Notes under the pieces: model-generated
What the model was told of the DNA's origin: nothing
Database searches by the model: none
Seen by the model: the letters and a program-made list of their open reading frames with translations, nothing else
Shown: positions 20,306 to 30,403 of the stretch, piece after piece
Layout of the letters: every line of letters begins with the position of its first letter
Position numbering within the stretch: the stretch's first letter is position 1
Program-made: the position numbers and the translations under genes
Source: a virus
Direction: 5' to 3' (one strand)
Virus record (IMG/VR): IMGVR_UViG_3300047476_001246
Length of the DNA stretch: 64,000 bases

Positions 20306-20828
20306 TAGTTTTGTCTGGGGAAGTGAGCTGGCAGACAGTCCGCATGGCGGCCCTGACGGGTTCAGTCAAAAAACATTTCCAGCCTTGCTTGCAGACAGAT
20401 ATCTTTGTGCAGCGTATCCAGGAATTGGTAATAAAGAAATAGCATACCGTGTTAGAGAAATGTTGGTATGGGCCAAGCCTGATATAATCATAGTATGCTG
20501 GACTTGGCCCAGTAGGGATAACGCTTTAGATAGTGATTTTCATATTACAAATTTAGAAGATCATTTACAATATTACAAGATACCTTATATCTTTACTTGT
20601 GCCGATAACTGTGTGGTCACAGGAAAACTAGACTACACAAATTGGTTTATGTTCCCTCCTGGCGTTGGTGCGAATCAAACAGAAACTCCAAGAGGATTCT
20701 ATCAGTGGGCAGTAGAGAATAAGTACAAATGCGGAAATGAAAAGCATCCGCTAGAGCAGGCACATCAAGATGCTGCAATATTAATGCAAGGAAAATTCAA
20801 TGACATGGTTAAAAAACATCTGGACTAG
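20280..20828 (+). CDS. SGNH/GDSL-like hydrolase or acyltransferase
   Basis: N-terminal GDSFVWG, C-terminal HPLEQAH. Confidence 0.55.
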   Translation: MTTVLAGGDSFVWGSELADSPHGGPDGFSQKTFPALLADRYLCAAYPGIGNKEIAYRVREMLVWAKPDIIIVCWTWPSRDNALDSDFHITNLEDHLQYYKIPYIFTCADNCVVTGKLDYTNWFMFPPGVGANQTETPRGFYQWAVENKYKCGNEKHPLEQAHQDAAILMQGKFNDMVKKHLD

Positions 20829-20901
20829 AATACGATTAGAAATCAAATATAGACGTAAGCTAAAAGAACTGCGTAAACGTGATCCTTTTATCTATAAATG
20901 A
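20800..20901 (+). CDS. Small basic peptide (33 aa, MTWLKNIWTRIRLEIKYRRKLKELRKRDPFIYK), absent from the ORF track
   Basis: Translated by hand; it fills the gap and its TGA overlaps the next ATG (ATGA at 20898-20901). Confidence 0.7.
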   Translation: MTWLKNIWTRIRLEIKYRRKLKELRKRDPFIYK

Positions 20902-21467
20902 TATTAGTTAACGGAGATAGTTTTACAGTTGGCGAAGAAAGTCCAATTGCCTGGCCCAGTTTAATACCTAACACAGTGAATATTGCACTGTCAGGGGCAA
21001 GCAATGATTATATTTGTCGTAGTACTGTAAATTATATTGAAAATGTATCAAATAAAGTTGATGCAGTAATTATTGCATGGACCACACCTAACAGAATCGA
21101 ATTAGTACATAGACACTTGACCGCTACTAGTCATCGAAAATACGGAGACATTGTTGATACTGTGTTTTGTGATTGGGACGAATGGTGGGCAGATAACAAA
21201 TTTATAAGCCAGGTAAAAATGATGGCAGGTTATTTAAAAATGAGAAACTTGCCGTTTTTGTTTATAAGTACATTTGATATTCAACGTATCAATCATAGCA
21301 AAGTTTGGAACATGCCCGAAGAATACTTAGGTTGGCCCAACGAAGGGCTAGTAGAATGGATGGGCGATTGTGATAAAGGCCCAGGCGGACATCCGCTTGA
21401 ACAAGGTCATATTCGAATAGCATTAAAAATAAATGAACATATTAGGAATCTCGGCTGGGTTTCATGA
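20898..21467 (+). CDS. SGNH/GDSL-like hydrolase or acyltransferase
   Basis: NGDSFTVG, NIALSGASN, GHPLEQGH. Confidence 0.6.
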   Translation: MILVNGDSFTVGEESPIAWPSLIPNTVNIALSGASNDYICRSTVNYIENVSNKVDAVIIAWTTPNRIELVHRHLTATSHRKYGDIVDTVFCDWDEWWADNKFISQVKMMAGYLKMRNLPFLFISTFDIQRINHSKVWNMPEEYLGWPNEGLVEWMGDCDKGPGGHPLEQGHIRIALKINEHIRNLGWVS

Positions 21468-22923
21468 CGCTGCCGCTAGTGTAATTAATACACAAGGTGA
21501 CATCTTGTTCGCTGCTCATAGCGAACGCTATAGCGGGACTAAGAACGACGCTAATATCTGTCGTGCATTAATGGACGATGTAATGAATTATTTTCCAGTA
21601 CATCATGTTGCCTATTATGAAACACCCTGGAAAAAACAATTACGCAGATTGTACAGCGGTGAAGGTATTGAGTGGAATAAACTATCCACAAAGAAAATTT
21701 TAACAGAACAGTTTGGTGGATACGCACATATACCCAGTTATAGTACACACAGTCATCATCTAAGTCATGCAGCAGCCGGCTTTCAAACCAGTCCCTACGA
21801 TCGTGCAACAGTGGTTGTGATTGATGCCATTGGTGAATGGGATACTATTAGTATTTGGGGTGCAGAGTACGACAGTCGTGGTCGTGCAAAATATAAGAAG
21901 CTATGGGGACAACGGTATCCGCACAGCATCGGATTATTTTATAGTGCAATGACGCAAAAGGTTGGGCTCAAACCCAACGAAGATGAATATATCTTGATGG
22001 GAATGGCAGCATATGGAGGGCCATTGTCCTATGAATATGGAGCCGAACTAAAAAATCAAGTTGTCACTAACGAACGGAAGATAACTTTTAAAGAAAATTT
22101 ACACGCCGGCTTTCATAATCAAGAGTGGGATAACGTACACGATGCTAGTATCGCTGCGGCAGCCCAAGATGTGGTAGAAAATTTAATTTATAATGTAATG
22201 CGTAAGGCAAGAGATTTTCGTTGGAGTGAGAATCTTGTTTACATGGGCGGAGTGGCATTAAACTGTTTGGCCAATAGAAACCTAGGAGAATACTTTGATA
22301 ACATTTGGATTATGCCGAATCCGGGCGACGCTGGTTCAAGTCTTGGCGCAGCAGCCCTTGCGTATGGCGGTCGCCTTAATTGGATGGATGCTTACCTTGG
22401 CCACCTTATACCTGGACCATATCCAGTTAACGCCCTATTGGATGGTTTACTGTCTGATGGTATTGTTGGCGTTGCTAGCGGTCGCGCTGAGTTTGGACCA
22501 AGAGCACTAGGCAATAGAAGTTTGTTGGCAGACCCGCGTGGTGCAAATATAAAGGATCAAGTAAATGCAATTAAACAACGACAACAATTTAGACCGTTCG
22601 CCCCTGTTATATTGGAAGAGATGGCTGATCAGTACTTTGATTTCAGCCCTGGGTGGAGTACTAGCCATTATATGCAGTCAGTCGCTCGTTGTAGGCATCC
22701 TGACCGTTTTCCTGCTATCTGCCATGTTGATGGGACCAGTAGAGTACAAACGGTTCCGCGAGATGGCTCAGGAATCAGAGACCTCTTAGAGAAATGGTTT
22801 GTGTTAACCGATTGTCCTATGTTGCTTAACACCAGTTTAAATATCAAAGGCGAGCCCATGGTAAACAATCGCGCAGATGCAGACAGATTTGAACAACAGT
22901 ATGGTGTAAAGGTTTTCTCATGA
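21433..22923 (+). CDS. Carbamoyltransferase (NodU/CmcH family)
   Basis: HDAAAS, HHLSHAA, GGVALNC, PGDAGSSLGA, EFGPRALGNRS, RPFAP, LLNTSLN. Confidence 0.93.
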   Translation: MNILGISAGFHDAAASVINTQGDILFAAHSERYSGTKNDANICRALMDDVMNYFPVHHVAYYETPWKKQLRRLYSGEGIEWNKLSTKKILTEQFGGYAHIPSYSTHSHHLSHAAAGFQTSPYDRATVVVIDAIGEWDTISIWGAEYDSRGRAKYKKLWGQRYPHSIGLFYSAMTQKVGLKPNEDEYILMGMAAYGGPLSYEYGAELKNQVVTNERKITFKENLHAGFHNQEWDNVHDASIAAAAQDVVENLIYNVMRKARDFRWSENLVYMGGVALNCLANRNLGEYFDNIWIMPNPGDAGSSLGAAALAYGGRLNWMDAYLGHLIPGPYPVNALLDGLLSDGIVGVASGRAEFGPRALGNRSLLADPRGANIKDQVNAIKQRQQFRPFAPVILEEMADQYFDFSPGWSTSHYMQSVARCRHPDRFPAICHVDGTSRVQTVPRDGSGIRDLLEKWFVLTDCPMLLNTSLNIKGEPMVNNRADADRFEQQYGVKVFS

Positions 22924-23477
22924 TTGTTAATACAGTAAACATAGCAACCGGCGCAAAAGTTTTTTTAATTGAAGAATTTTTGCCCCAAGATGTACACGAA
23001 AAAATTAAAAAATTATTCAGTGAGTTTACAACAGATAATGTAGATTGGAAAATTCCTGAATGGACACAGGGGCGACCACGATATGTGTACTGTGGGCAAA
23101 GCAATGACTTTTTGAGTTTAAAAAATTATGTTGTATCAAAAGACCTAACAAATCAATTGAGCGAGATCCTAGGAATATCAGTACAAAACACCGGAATTGA
23201 TTTATGGATTGACTTTGCTGGGTTCGGTACATTAGCACCACATTACGAGAATGAAGGCAGTATTTACTTGTCTCAAATTTATATTTCTGATAAAGAGTAT
23301 CCTTTTATAGGTACAACTATCTACAATGACAATAAAGAAATTTTATTTCAATTGCCTTTTAGAGACAACTACGGATGGCTGTTTGACAAAGGATATACTG
23401 TCATGCACGGCAGAGAACACGATATTCCAGACAGTCTAGCAAGGTGTAGTATAATGTTATGGTTTGACAAGATATAA
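22920..23477 (+). CDS. 2OG-Fe(II) oxygenase superfamily protein
   Basis: HxE (PHYE), a distal H (MHG) and RxS (RCS), the double-stranded beta-helix signature. Confidence 0.55.
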   Translation: MIVNTVNIATGAKVFLIEEFLPQDVHEKIKKLFSEFTTDNVDWKIPEWTQGRPRYVYCGQSNDFLSLKNYVVSKDLTNQLSEILGISVQNTGIDLWIDFAGFGTLAPHYENEGSIYLSQIYISDKEYPFIGTTIYNDNKEILFQLPFRDNYGWLFDKGYTVMHGREHDIPDSLARCSIMLWFDKI

Positions 23478-23478
23478 A

Positions 23479-24126
23479 ATGGCCGTCAGAATACTAATAA
23501 TGGGCCTCCCGGGTGCAGGAAAAACTTATCTTGCAGCCGCCTTACAAAAAGAATTACACGATAAGGGATACTCTGCAGAATGGTTTAATGCTGATGAAGT
23601 ACGAGAGAGGTTTGATGACTGGGATTTTAGTGAAGCAGGCAGAATTAGACAAAGCTATCGCATGCGGGACCTTGCTGAAAAATCTACAGCAGATTTTGTG
23701 ATTTGTGATTTTGTCGCGCCACTGCCGGCCATGCGCGATGCATATAATGCAAATATTACTATATGGTTAGACACCATTGATGCAGGAAGATATGCGGACA
23801 CAAATAAAATATTTGTTCCTCCAAAAAAATACGATTACCGAATAATGGCCAAAAGTGCCGAACGTTGGGCAGCGACTATAGCATGTGGACTAACGGTAAA
23901 ATTTCAACAGCAGCGAGAAAGTCATGCAAGAAGTTTAACAAAAACAATAACCTGGCGTATGACTGGTAGCGGAAGTACTTTTTTGATTTCATGGTTGATT
24001 ACAGGAAATGCTGCTATCGCCGGAACAATTTTAGGTATACATTTTGTGACAAATACTGTATTATATTACTTTCATGAAAGAATTTGGAACAAAGTACAAT
24101 GGGGTAAAGATGAAAGAAAAATTTAA
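23479..24126 (+). CDS. cysC: Adenylyl-sulfate kinase-like P-loop kinase fused to a DUF2061-like membrane domain
   Basis: GLPGAGKT, NADEVR..DWDFS..GRIRQ, CDFVAP; C-terminal RSLTKTITWR...YYFHERIW. ATG 23479 preferred over TTG 23464. Confidence 0.7.
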   Translation: MAVRILIMGLPGAGKTYLAAALQKELHDKGYSAEWFNADEVRERFDDWDFSEAGRIRQSYRMRDLAEKSTADFVICDFVAPLPAMRDAYNANITIWLDTIDAGRYADTNKIFVPPKKYDYRIMAKSAERWAATIACGLTVKFQQQRESHARSLTKTITWRMTGSGSTFLISWLITGNAAIAGTILGIHFVTNTVLYYFHERIWNKVQWGKDERKI

Positions 24127-24550
24127 ACGGGCATACATGCAAACAGCGCAGACATTTGCCAAATTGAGTTCTGCACGTAGATTACATGTAGGTGCGATTG
24201 TGGTCAAAGATGATAGAATTATTAGCATTGGCTACAACGGTATGCCAGCCGGTTGGGATAACAACTGCGAAGATGAAACACGCTACGAGGACGGCGGTGT
24301 AGTACTTAAAACCAAACCTGAAGTTTTACATGCAGAAACAAATGCAATCGCAAAACTTGCTAGATCAAACGAAAGCGGATTTGGTGCAGATATATTTGTG
24401 ACCCATGCGCCTTGTTTGGATTGCGCCAAGCTCATTTATCAAAGTGGTATTCGTGCAGTTTATTATGATAAAGATTATAGAGACACTACCGGAGTCGAGT
24501 TCTTGACAAAATCCGGGGTGGCAATTGAGAAACTGCAGATTGAAGACTAG
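24110..24550 (+). CDS. dCMP deaminase
   Basis: VGAIVV, GYNG, HAETNAI and PCLDC zinc motifs; start at MKEKF (24110) likely. Confidence 0.92.
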   Translation: MKEKFKRAYMQTAQTFAKLSSARRLHVGAIVVKDDRIISIGYNGMPAGWDNNCEDETRYEDGGVVLKTKPEVLHAETNAIAKLARSNESGFGADIFVTHAPCLDCAKLIYQSGIRAVYYDKDYRDTTGVEFLTKSGVAIEKLQIED

Positions 24551-25634
24551 CACCAAGTTCTTGCCATATTGAGTCTATAAAATGTTTGCTATAAAATAAA
24601 TTGTAATTGTGTTCAAGTACATGATTCATTCCACGCAATATGTTTTCAAGATCCTGGTCTGACGTATTACAAATTTCTTCAATTATTTTTACTACAGCTT
24701 GTATTCGCTCTACGGGATCTTCGATATCGTCATAGCTTTCGTCCCACCATGCATCGAATGTTTTAAATCCATAGCTTTTTAGATATTTTAAATTACCAAC
24801 GCATCCCAATAATACAAAAGGTTGTTTTGCCACAATAGGTTTAAATATTTTTTCTGTGAGATGAGTACGACGATCCCAAAAGCATGTTTCAGTGACTACA
24901 TGTAAAAAACTTTCCATTATAGCAGGAATAGGCCCAATAGTTTGGCTTCCGTTTGGTATTGGCCCTTCGCAATCGATCCTTAAAGGAAAATTGATATCAT
25001 CCAAACAGTTTTTGATTTTTAAAACATAAGCAGACGAAAGCTTGTGTGCTTGGATAGTAGCCAATACATTTTTTTCATAATGCCCGTGTACCGGACAAAC
25101 TTCGCTGTAGCTTACATGACCTTGGTCAAGTAGATTACGTAATGCTAGTTCTCCAATTAAAAAACTACGATAAGCTCTAGAATTGCCAGTAATACGATTA
25201 AAAGTTATGTATTTTTTAGTTATGGTTCGTTTGGTTGGAGGAATTAAACCAGTATAATATTGATATCCTCGGTACCAATCAGCTGCGGCCAGTCCATGAA
25301 AAAAATAATTTGCATCAATAAACTTGAATTCGTCTAACAGCTTGTTTTTTTCCACGCTGTGTTTCTCAGTATTAAGTAATATTATAGGTCGATCAGCACC
25401 ACGAAATGATTTGAAATTTTCTTTAATAAAAGCAAATAGTTCTTGATTGTAAGAGTATATCAATGGTTCCTGATCAAACGCAATCACAATTGGACCATTA
25501 CCACAATTGCTAAGAGATTCAATATTATCTTTGCTGGTAGCACCAAATGGGTGTAGATATACTACTGTGGGTTGTGCTATAATACTGTTTAGATAGGACA
25601 ACAAATTTTCGTAATGACTGTGAATATTGTACAT
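24486..25634 (-). CDS. Putative glycosyltransferase-like protein, paralog of 10408-11394
   Basis: VTET..LTEKIFKPI..KQPFVLLG..LKSYGFKTFDAWWDESYD..LEHNYN. Confidence 0.5.
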   Translation of the reverse strand: MYNIHSHYENLLSYLNSIIAQPTVVYLHPFGATSKDNIESLSNCGNGPIVIAFDQEPLIYSYNQELFAFIKENFKSFRGADRPIILLNTEKHSVEKNKLLDEFKFIDANYFFHGLAAADWYRGYQYYTGLIPPTKRTITKKYITFNRITGNSRAYRSFLIGELALRNLLDQGHVSYSEVCPVHGHYEKNVLATIQAHKLSSAYVLKIKNCLDDINFPLRIDCEGPIPNGSQTIGPIPAIMESFLHVVTETCFWDRRTHLTEKIFKPIVAKQPFVLLGCVGNLKYLKSYGFKTFDAWWDESYDDIEDPVERIQAVVKIIEEICNTSDQDLENILRGMNHVLEHNYNLFYSKHFIDSIWQELGASLQSAVSQLPPRILSRTRLR

Positions 25635-27492
25635 GTTTGATGTTTTTTATTATGGGTCTAAACCTAATCGATTTGCATTCGAACAACCTGCCAGTTCGTT
25701 AGAAGATGCTGCTGAGAAAAGTAGAACTCGATTCTACTGGTATATTTATGGTGGCAATGATTACACGAACTTTGATTTTGAATGGCGACCAGCACCTTGG
25801 GAAGAACACCAAACGCATTGTTTTGGAACACAGTGGCAACGCACAGGCGGTGCATATCTAGCAAATCGCGACACAGTATACAACAAAGAATGGAATTTTA
25901 GAGAAGAGCAAAAAGTCACACGCTTAATAGATAACTCTAAGTGGATCGTTCCTAAGAACTTGGACGACTCCGACTTTGATTATAGTTGGCACCCGGACGA
26001 ACTAGAAGAACCTTATGAGTATCACTTCCCTACACAATGGCAACGAGATGGTGGCCCTATATATCGTGGCACTGCTGGTATCAAGTTTGTAGATGATCAG
26101 CGTATAAAGCGAGGTGCTACACAAATCTTTTATATGGATTTCCTTAATGAAGGAAGTCAAGAACAATTTGCTAAAATAAAAAAACAACATCCAGATGCAA
26201 AGCTGACTCGATATGTAGACAGTCATCTTAATGTGTTTAAACGCATTGCTAACTTGGCTACAACAGAGTATGTCTGGATTATCAGCAGCTTTTGCATGTA
26301 TGCCGATTTTGATTTTACATGGCACCCTGCTCCCGAACAGCGAGAGATGATACATGTGTTCCCTACCTGTTATTATATTAAACAGAACACACAAAAAAGA
26401 GGAGATACATTTTATATACATGTTCCATCTTTACGTACACAGTTATACGAATTAGAATTACTTGATTGGTTTAATGTAATTAATTATTGTACAGATCAAA
26501 CGGTTCCAGTTATAATTCCGGTAGTTGAATATCAAGGAGATAGTGTTGTTGAATCTGTAATCAAACATGAATTTCGTTTTCCTTACACTATCTTTAAGAA
26601 AGATATTTTCCCTGCTCGACCAGTAGTAGTTCCGCCTTGTCTATGGCACCCAAAAGATCGCGCAATTGAGGCCGTAAACTTTGCAGGAAGTGTCACTATA
26701 GTGCCTAGAGAAGCTAAGGCGCACATTAAGACACAACTGTACGATTATCCCTATGTTTCCAGAAGAAAAGACACATCGATGTGTGCAGATAAAGCTCTTG
26801 ATATTGTGTATATAAGCAACGGAGAGCCCGATGCAGAACGTTGGTACAATCACTCGGTGACTGTGGCCGAAGCGCAGATACCACACGGCTTACAGAAAAT
26901 ACATAGAGTGAAAAATGTCAATGGACGTATTGCTGCATATCATGCGGCTGCACAGGCTAGTACTACAGATTGGTTTTTTGCAGTATTTGCTAAACTAGAA
27001 GTCGTGGGCAGTTTTAACTTTGGTTGGCAACCAGACTATTGGCAAGAAGCCAAGCATTACATTTTTCATAGCCGTAATTGTCTTAACGGATTAGAATATG
27101 GGCACATGGGTGTAATTGCTTACAACAAACGCCTAGTATTAGAAACCGTAGAATCAGGATTAGACTTTACCCTCAGTCAACCGCATACAGTAGTACCCGA
27201 GCTAAGTGCCATTGCCTACTTCAATCAGGATCCTTGGACCACCTGGCGTACAGCATTTAGAGAAGTTCTAAAGCTAAAACTGTTTATGGATCAGGCACCA
27301 ACATTGGAAACTGAATACAGACTTGATACCTGGTTGTCAACTGCTAACGGAGATTACTCTGAATGGTGTTTGCGTGGAGCGCAAGACGCAGTTGATTACT
27401 ATAACGAAGTCGGGGGAGATTACAACAAGCTGATGCTTAGTTTTGATTGGCCGTGGTTGGAAGCTAAGTTTAAGAATCTATATAACGTTTGA
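25633..27492 (+). CDS. Multi-domain glycosyltransferase-like protein
   Basis: Repeated FDF.W.P modules; C-terminal half resembles 8658-9587 (RNCLNGLEYGHMGV, TWRTAFRE). ATG 25633 preferred over TTG 25627. Confidence 0.55.
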   Translation: MFDVFYYGSKPNRFAFEQPASSLEDAAEKSRTRFYWYIYGGNDYTNFDFEWRPAPWEEHQTHCFGTQWQRTGGAYLANRDTVYNKEWNFREEQKVTRLIDNSKWIVPKNLDDSDFDYSWHPDELEEPYEYHFPTQWQRDGGPIYRGTAGIKFVDDQRIKRGATQIFYMDFLNEGSQEQFAKIKKQHPDAKLTRYVDSHLNVFKRIANLATTEYVWIISSFCMYADFDFTWHPAPEQREMIHVFPTCYYIKQNTQKRGDTFYIHVPSLRTQLYELELLDWFNVINYCTDQTVPVIIPVVEYQGDSVVESVIKHEFRFPYTIFKKDIFPARPVVVPPCLWHPKDRAIEAVNFAGSVTIVPREAKAHIKTQLYDYPYVSRRKDTSMCADKALDIVYISNGEPDAERWYNHSVTVAEAQIPHGLQKIHRVKNVNGRIAAYHAAAQASTTDWFFAVFAKLEVVGSFNFGWQPDYWQEAKHYIFHSRNCLNGLEYGHMGVIAYNKRLVLETVESGLDFTLSQPHTVVPELSAIAYFNQDPWTTWRTAFREVLKLKLFMDQAPTLETEYRLDTWLSTANGDYSEWCLRGAQDAVDYYNEVGGDYNKLMLSFDWPWLEAKFKNLYNV

Positions 27493-28570
27493 TACTGTCA
27501 ACTACAGCTTCAACCTCAGCGTCAGACAGCTCTGGATATATAGGCAAGCTTAGACATTCTCTAGTAAATGCACTAGTTTCTGTATAAAGATCTCTACTGT
27601 AATCTACATAATTAAATCCAACACCTAGATCGTACAAGGCATTTTCGTAATGTATTTTAGTTTCTATGCCATCTAACGATAGTCTTTGCATTAGACTGTT
27701 TCTATGATTGGTTCTAATTACAAACTTATGCCACGCATGCTCAACACCTTCATTGGGGGTAAGTATGTCTACATATTGATATAACTGATCAATGTAGTAC
27801 TCGGCAATTTCTCGTCTACGTCGTTGCCACGCATCAAAGTAATTCAGTTTAACTAACATTTGAGCACAGTCTGCTTCGCTCATTTTACTGTTAGTTCCTG
27901 GCGCATCATGAACAGGTTTACCGTTGTCTCTCAATGCCAAGCAAGTGTTATAGTAATCAAGATTGTCAGTCAGTATCATGCCACCTGATCCGTAATTGTT
28001 CAAGTTCTTGGTTGGATCAAAACTTAACACACTAATATCGCCCATCTTGCCACTGGGTATTCCGTGATAGCTTGCGCCAAAGCTTTGTGCAGCATCTTCG
28101 ATTACAACCAAATCGTCATTGAAGAATTCTGTTTGCATCCGGAATCTATTCCAGTCAATACAATTACCAAACAGATTGGCATACATGATAGCACCAACAC
28201 TGGCATCTAATTTGTATTGATACGAGTCCAAGTCTAATAGACCTTTGAAGTCTATGTCACAAAATACTGGAATATATCCGTTCATTAGTACGCTATTGAT
28301 TGTGGCCACAAAACTGACTGTGGGAATTAATACCGCATAAGGAGGTTTCGTTAACACAGCCTGTTGTGCAAATATCAATCCCTGTGTGCCTGAATTGACT
28401 GCTAATGCATAAGCTCTATTGCAGCGCCTTGCAATTTGCAATTCAAATTCTTGAGTATAATTACCATCTAACACACGGCCAGTAGAATATACTCTATCGG
28501 TAGCGTCAAGAATCTCATTGCGTAGATTTTTGTATTGTCGATCTACACCAAAGAAAGGAATAACTTTCAT
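27470..28570 (-). CDS. DegT/DnrJ/EryC1/StrS PLP-dependent sugar aminotransferase
   Basis: VNSGT, IEDAAQSFGA, SFDPTKNL..YGSGG, LSLPIYP; start MKVIPF via ATGA overlap. Confidence 0.92.
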   Translation of the reverse strand: MKVIPFFGVDRQYKNLRNEILDATDRVYSTGRVLDGNYTQEFELQIARRCNRAYALAVNSGTQGLIFAQQAVLTKPPYAVLIPTVSFVATINSVLMNGYIPVFCDIDFKGLLDLDSYQYKLDASVGAIMYANLFGNCIDWNRFRMQTEFFNDDLVVIEDAAQSFGASYHGIPSGKMGDISVLSFDPTKNLNNYGSGGMILTDNLDYYNTCLALRDNGKPVHDAPGTNSKMSEADCAQMLVKLNYFDAWQRRRREIAEYYIDQLYQYVDILTPNEGVEHAWHKFVIRTNHRNSLMQRLSLDGIETKIHYENALYDLGVGFNYVDYSRDLYTETSAFTRECLSLPIYPELSDAEVEAVVDSIKRYIDS

Positions 28571-29535
28571 AGTCGAGCCTGCCAGTATGTTGACGTCTTT
28601 AGCCAATTGATATAACGTGCAAATCCTTCTTCTACATCAACAGACGGATTGTAGCCAAAATCGTTTTGTGCTCGTGCAATACTTAATCTTCCTCTACTGG
28701 GAAAACTTAAATCTCTATCAGCAAGTTTAACAGATCCTCGTCCTGCTATTTTGATTATTAGATCAGCTGCTTCAGCTAAAGTGATAGTATTTTCGTTGCT
28801 GCGTGTGATATTGTAAATTTTATTTGCAGTGTTTTTGCTTAGAATAGCATCAACAATACCTTGTGCAGTATCATCAACATGTGTAAAATCCAGTCTTTCA
28901 TTTGCACCACGTACAATTAATTCTTGACCGCGTAGTGCTGCCAATGCAAATTTACTTACAACACGATCGTCAACATCCCATTCGCCATATACAGCACTTG
29001 GGCGAATGATAACATATTCTATACCATGTCTAGTGCAGTAATCTTCAACTAATTTTTCTCCCATGTACTTCATGATGCCATATTGCCCTTGTGGATTACA
29101 CACAGCATCTTCAGTCACACCAGAGTCAAAATTGCCATATACCATACTTGAACTGATGTATACAAATCGGCGAACCTTGAAAGTCACTGCGGCTTCTAGT
29201 AAATTGATAAGACCGGTAATCATCACCTGACTGGCAGTCACAGGATCTTGTTGCACAACTTTTTGTCTAGGAAAACTAGCAAGGTGTACAATACATTTGA
29301 TATCAAATATACCAACATGACTTTTGATTGATTCTGTATTTCTAATATCCGCTACCAATGGAGAATATCCTGATCGATTGGTTCTACCAGAAATCAAATA
29401 ATCAAGTTCGTCCTTGGGAACGAATCCGTAATCAGTTCTAGAGTCAACGCTGTAGCAATCAATTCCTTTGCCACGCAATAATTTAATTACATTGTGTCCA
29501 ATAAAACCGGCACCGCCGGTGATAAGTGTTTTCAT
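28567..29535 (-). CDS. NAD-dependent nucleotide-sugar epimerase/dehydratase
   Basis: TGGAGFIG, SSSMVYG, YGIMK (YxxxK). Confidence 0.92.
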   Translation of the reverse strand: MKTLITGGAGFIGHNVIKLLRGKGIDCYSVDSRTDYGFVPKDELDYLISGRTNRSGYSPLVADIRNTESIKSHVGIFDIKCIVHLASFPRQKVVQQDPVTASQVMITGLINLLEAAVTFKVRRFVYISSSMVYGNFDSGVTEDAVCNPQGQYGIMKYMGEKLVEDYCTRHGIEYVIIRPSAVYGEWDVDDRVVSKFALAALRGQELIVRGANERLDFTHVDDTAQGIVDAILSKNTANKIYNITRSNENTITLAEAADLIIKIAGRGSVKLADRDLSFPSRGRLSIARAQNDFGYNPSVDVEEGFARYINWLKTSTYWQARL

Positions 29536-29759
29536 TTATATTTCAAAGTAAAATAAGTTGCATCTTCGTCGGACAAGTTGCCATATATAACAACCTGATA
29601 TCCATATACGTCATAGTTTGTTGTTATTTGATATGCAGTATCCGAACAATGTTCCATAACCCAGGTGCCCATTTCTGATTTTTGCCAATCAAGAATAGGC
29701 CCTGCTGCGTAGATTTCCGGATCCTCTACATCACTTAATGTAAATTTATGAAAAATCAT
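29532..29759 (-). CDS. Hypothetical protein
   Basis: 75 aa ORF with ATGA overlaps on both sides. Confidence 0.7.
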   Translation of the reverse strand: MIFHKFTLSDVEDPEIYAAGPILDWQKSEMGTWVMEHCSDTAYQITTNYDVYGYQVVIYGNLSDEDATYFTLKYK

Positions 29760-30403
29760 TTGTAAAGATCTGTGTATTTTGAATATATCTGATCAGCATA
29801 CCATTTGTGATGTAATGGTCCTGGGTGTATGCGATCAAATCCATAATCAATAAATGAATAATCGTTTTGATCAAATAACATTATTGAATTTTTTATATCT
29901 TCGGTGAAGGCAATTGTTTGTAAATCGTGTTCTTGGCCATTCAACGGCATAACTGCTAGAATAAATTCAGCTCCAATTTTATCAAGATAGTTTTTAACTT
30001 GACCGATGTGTGTGAATGATTCGTAGAGCATGTGATTGCTTGCCAGTAGCTTTTCGTTTATATAATTTTTAACAATTGCAACATCTTTATAATTGGCTGC
30101 ACCTATATGATATAAAATATTTTTATCATCCAGGAACGTAAATCTGCCGGCTCCGGTGAGAGCCCACACAACAACGTCGTTTTTCTTTATGTCTGATCTC
30201 AGTATTTGATCAGCAGCCCATGATATAGAAGTTCCAGGGCGAGTTAGATAGCTAACTGGAAGATTTAATTTTTCCGCAAGCAAGTGGCCAAATCGTTGTT
30301 CTCGTTGAATACCAATACCGTGAGCAAAACTACACCCGGCTATCCATAATTGATGGCTGTCAGTCTTTCTTGAATCAGTGAGATTTAAAAAACTCAAATT
30401 CAT
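29756..30403 (-). CDS. SGNH-like protein (GCS variant)
   Basis: AGCSFAHG, PGTSISWAADQIL, HPGPLHH. Confidence 0.5.
   Translation of the reverse strand: MNLSFLNLTDSRKTDSHQLWIAGCSFAHGIGIQREQRFGHLLAEKLNLPVSYLTRPGTSISWAADQILRSDIKKNDVVVWALTGAGRFTFLDDKNILYHIGAANYKDVAIVKNYINEKLLASNHMLYESFTHIGQVKNYLDKIGAEFILAVMPLNGQEHDLQTIAFTEDIKNSIMLFDQNDYSFIDYGFDRIHPGPLHHKWYADQIYSKYTDLYK

Noticed and set aside
11387-20901. Classical RiPP cluster
   Set aside because: No recognisable leader/core precursor, RRE domain, protease or exporter, and the surrounding genes are sugar-oriented; kept only as a minor possibility for the 33-aa peptide
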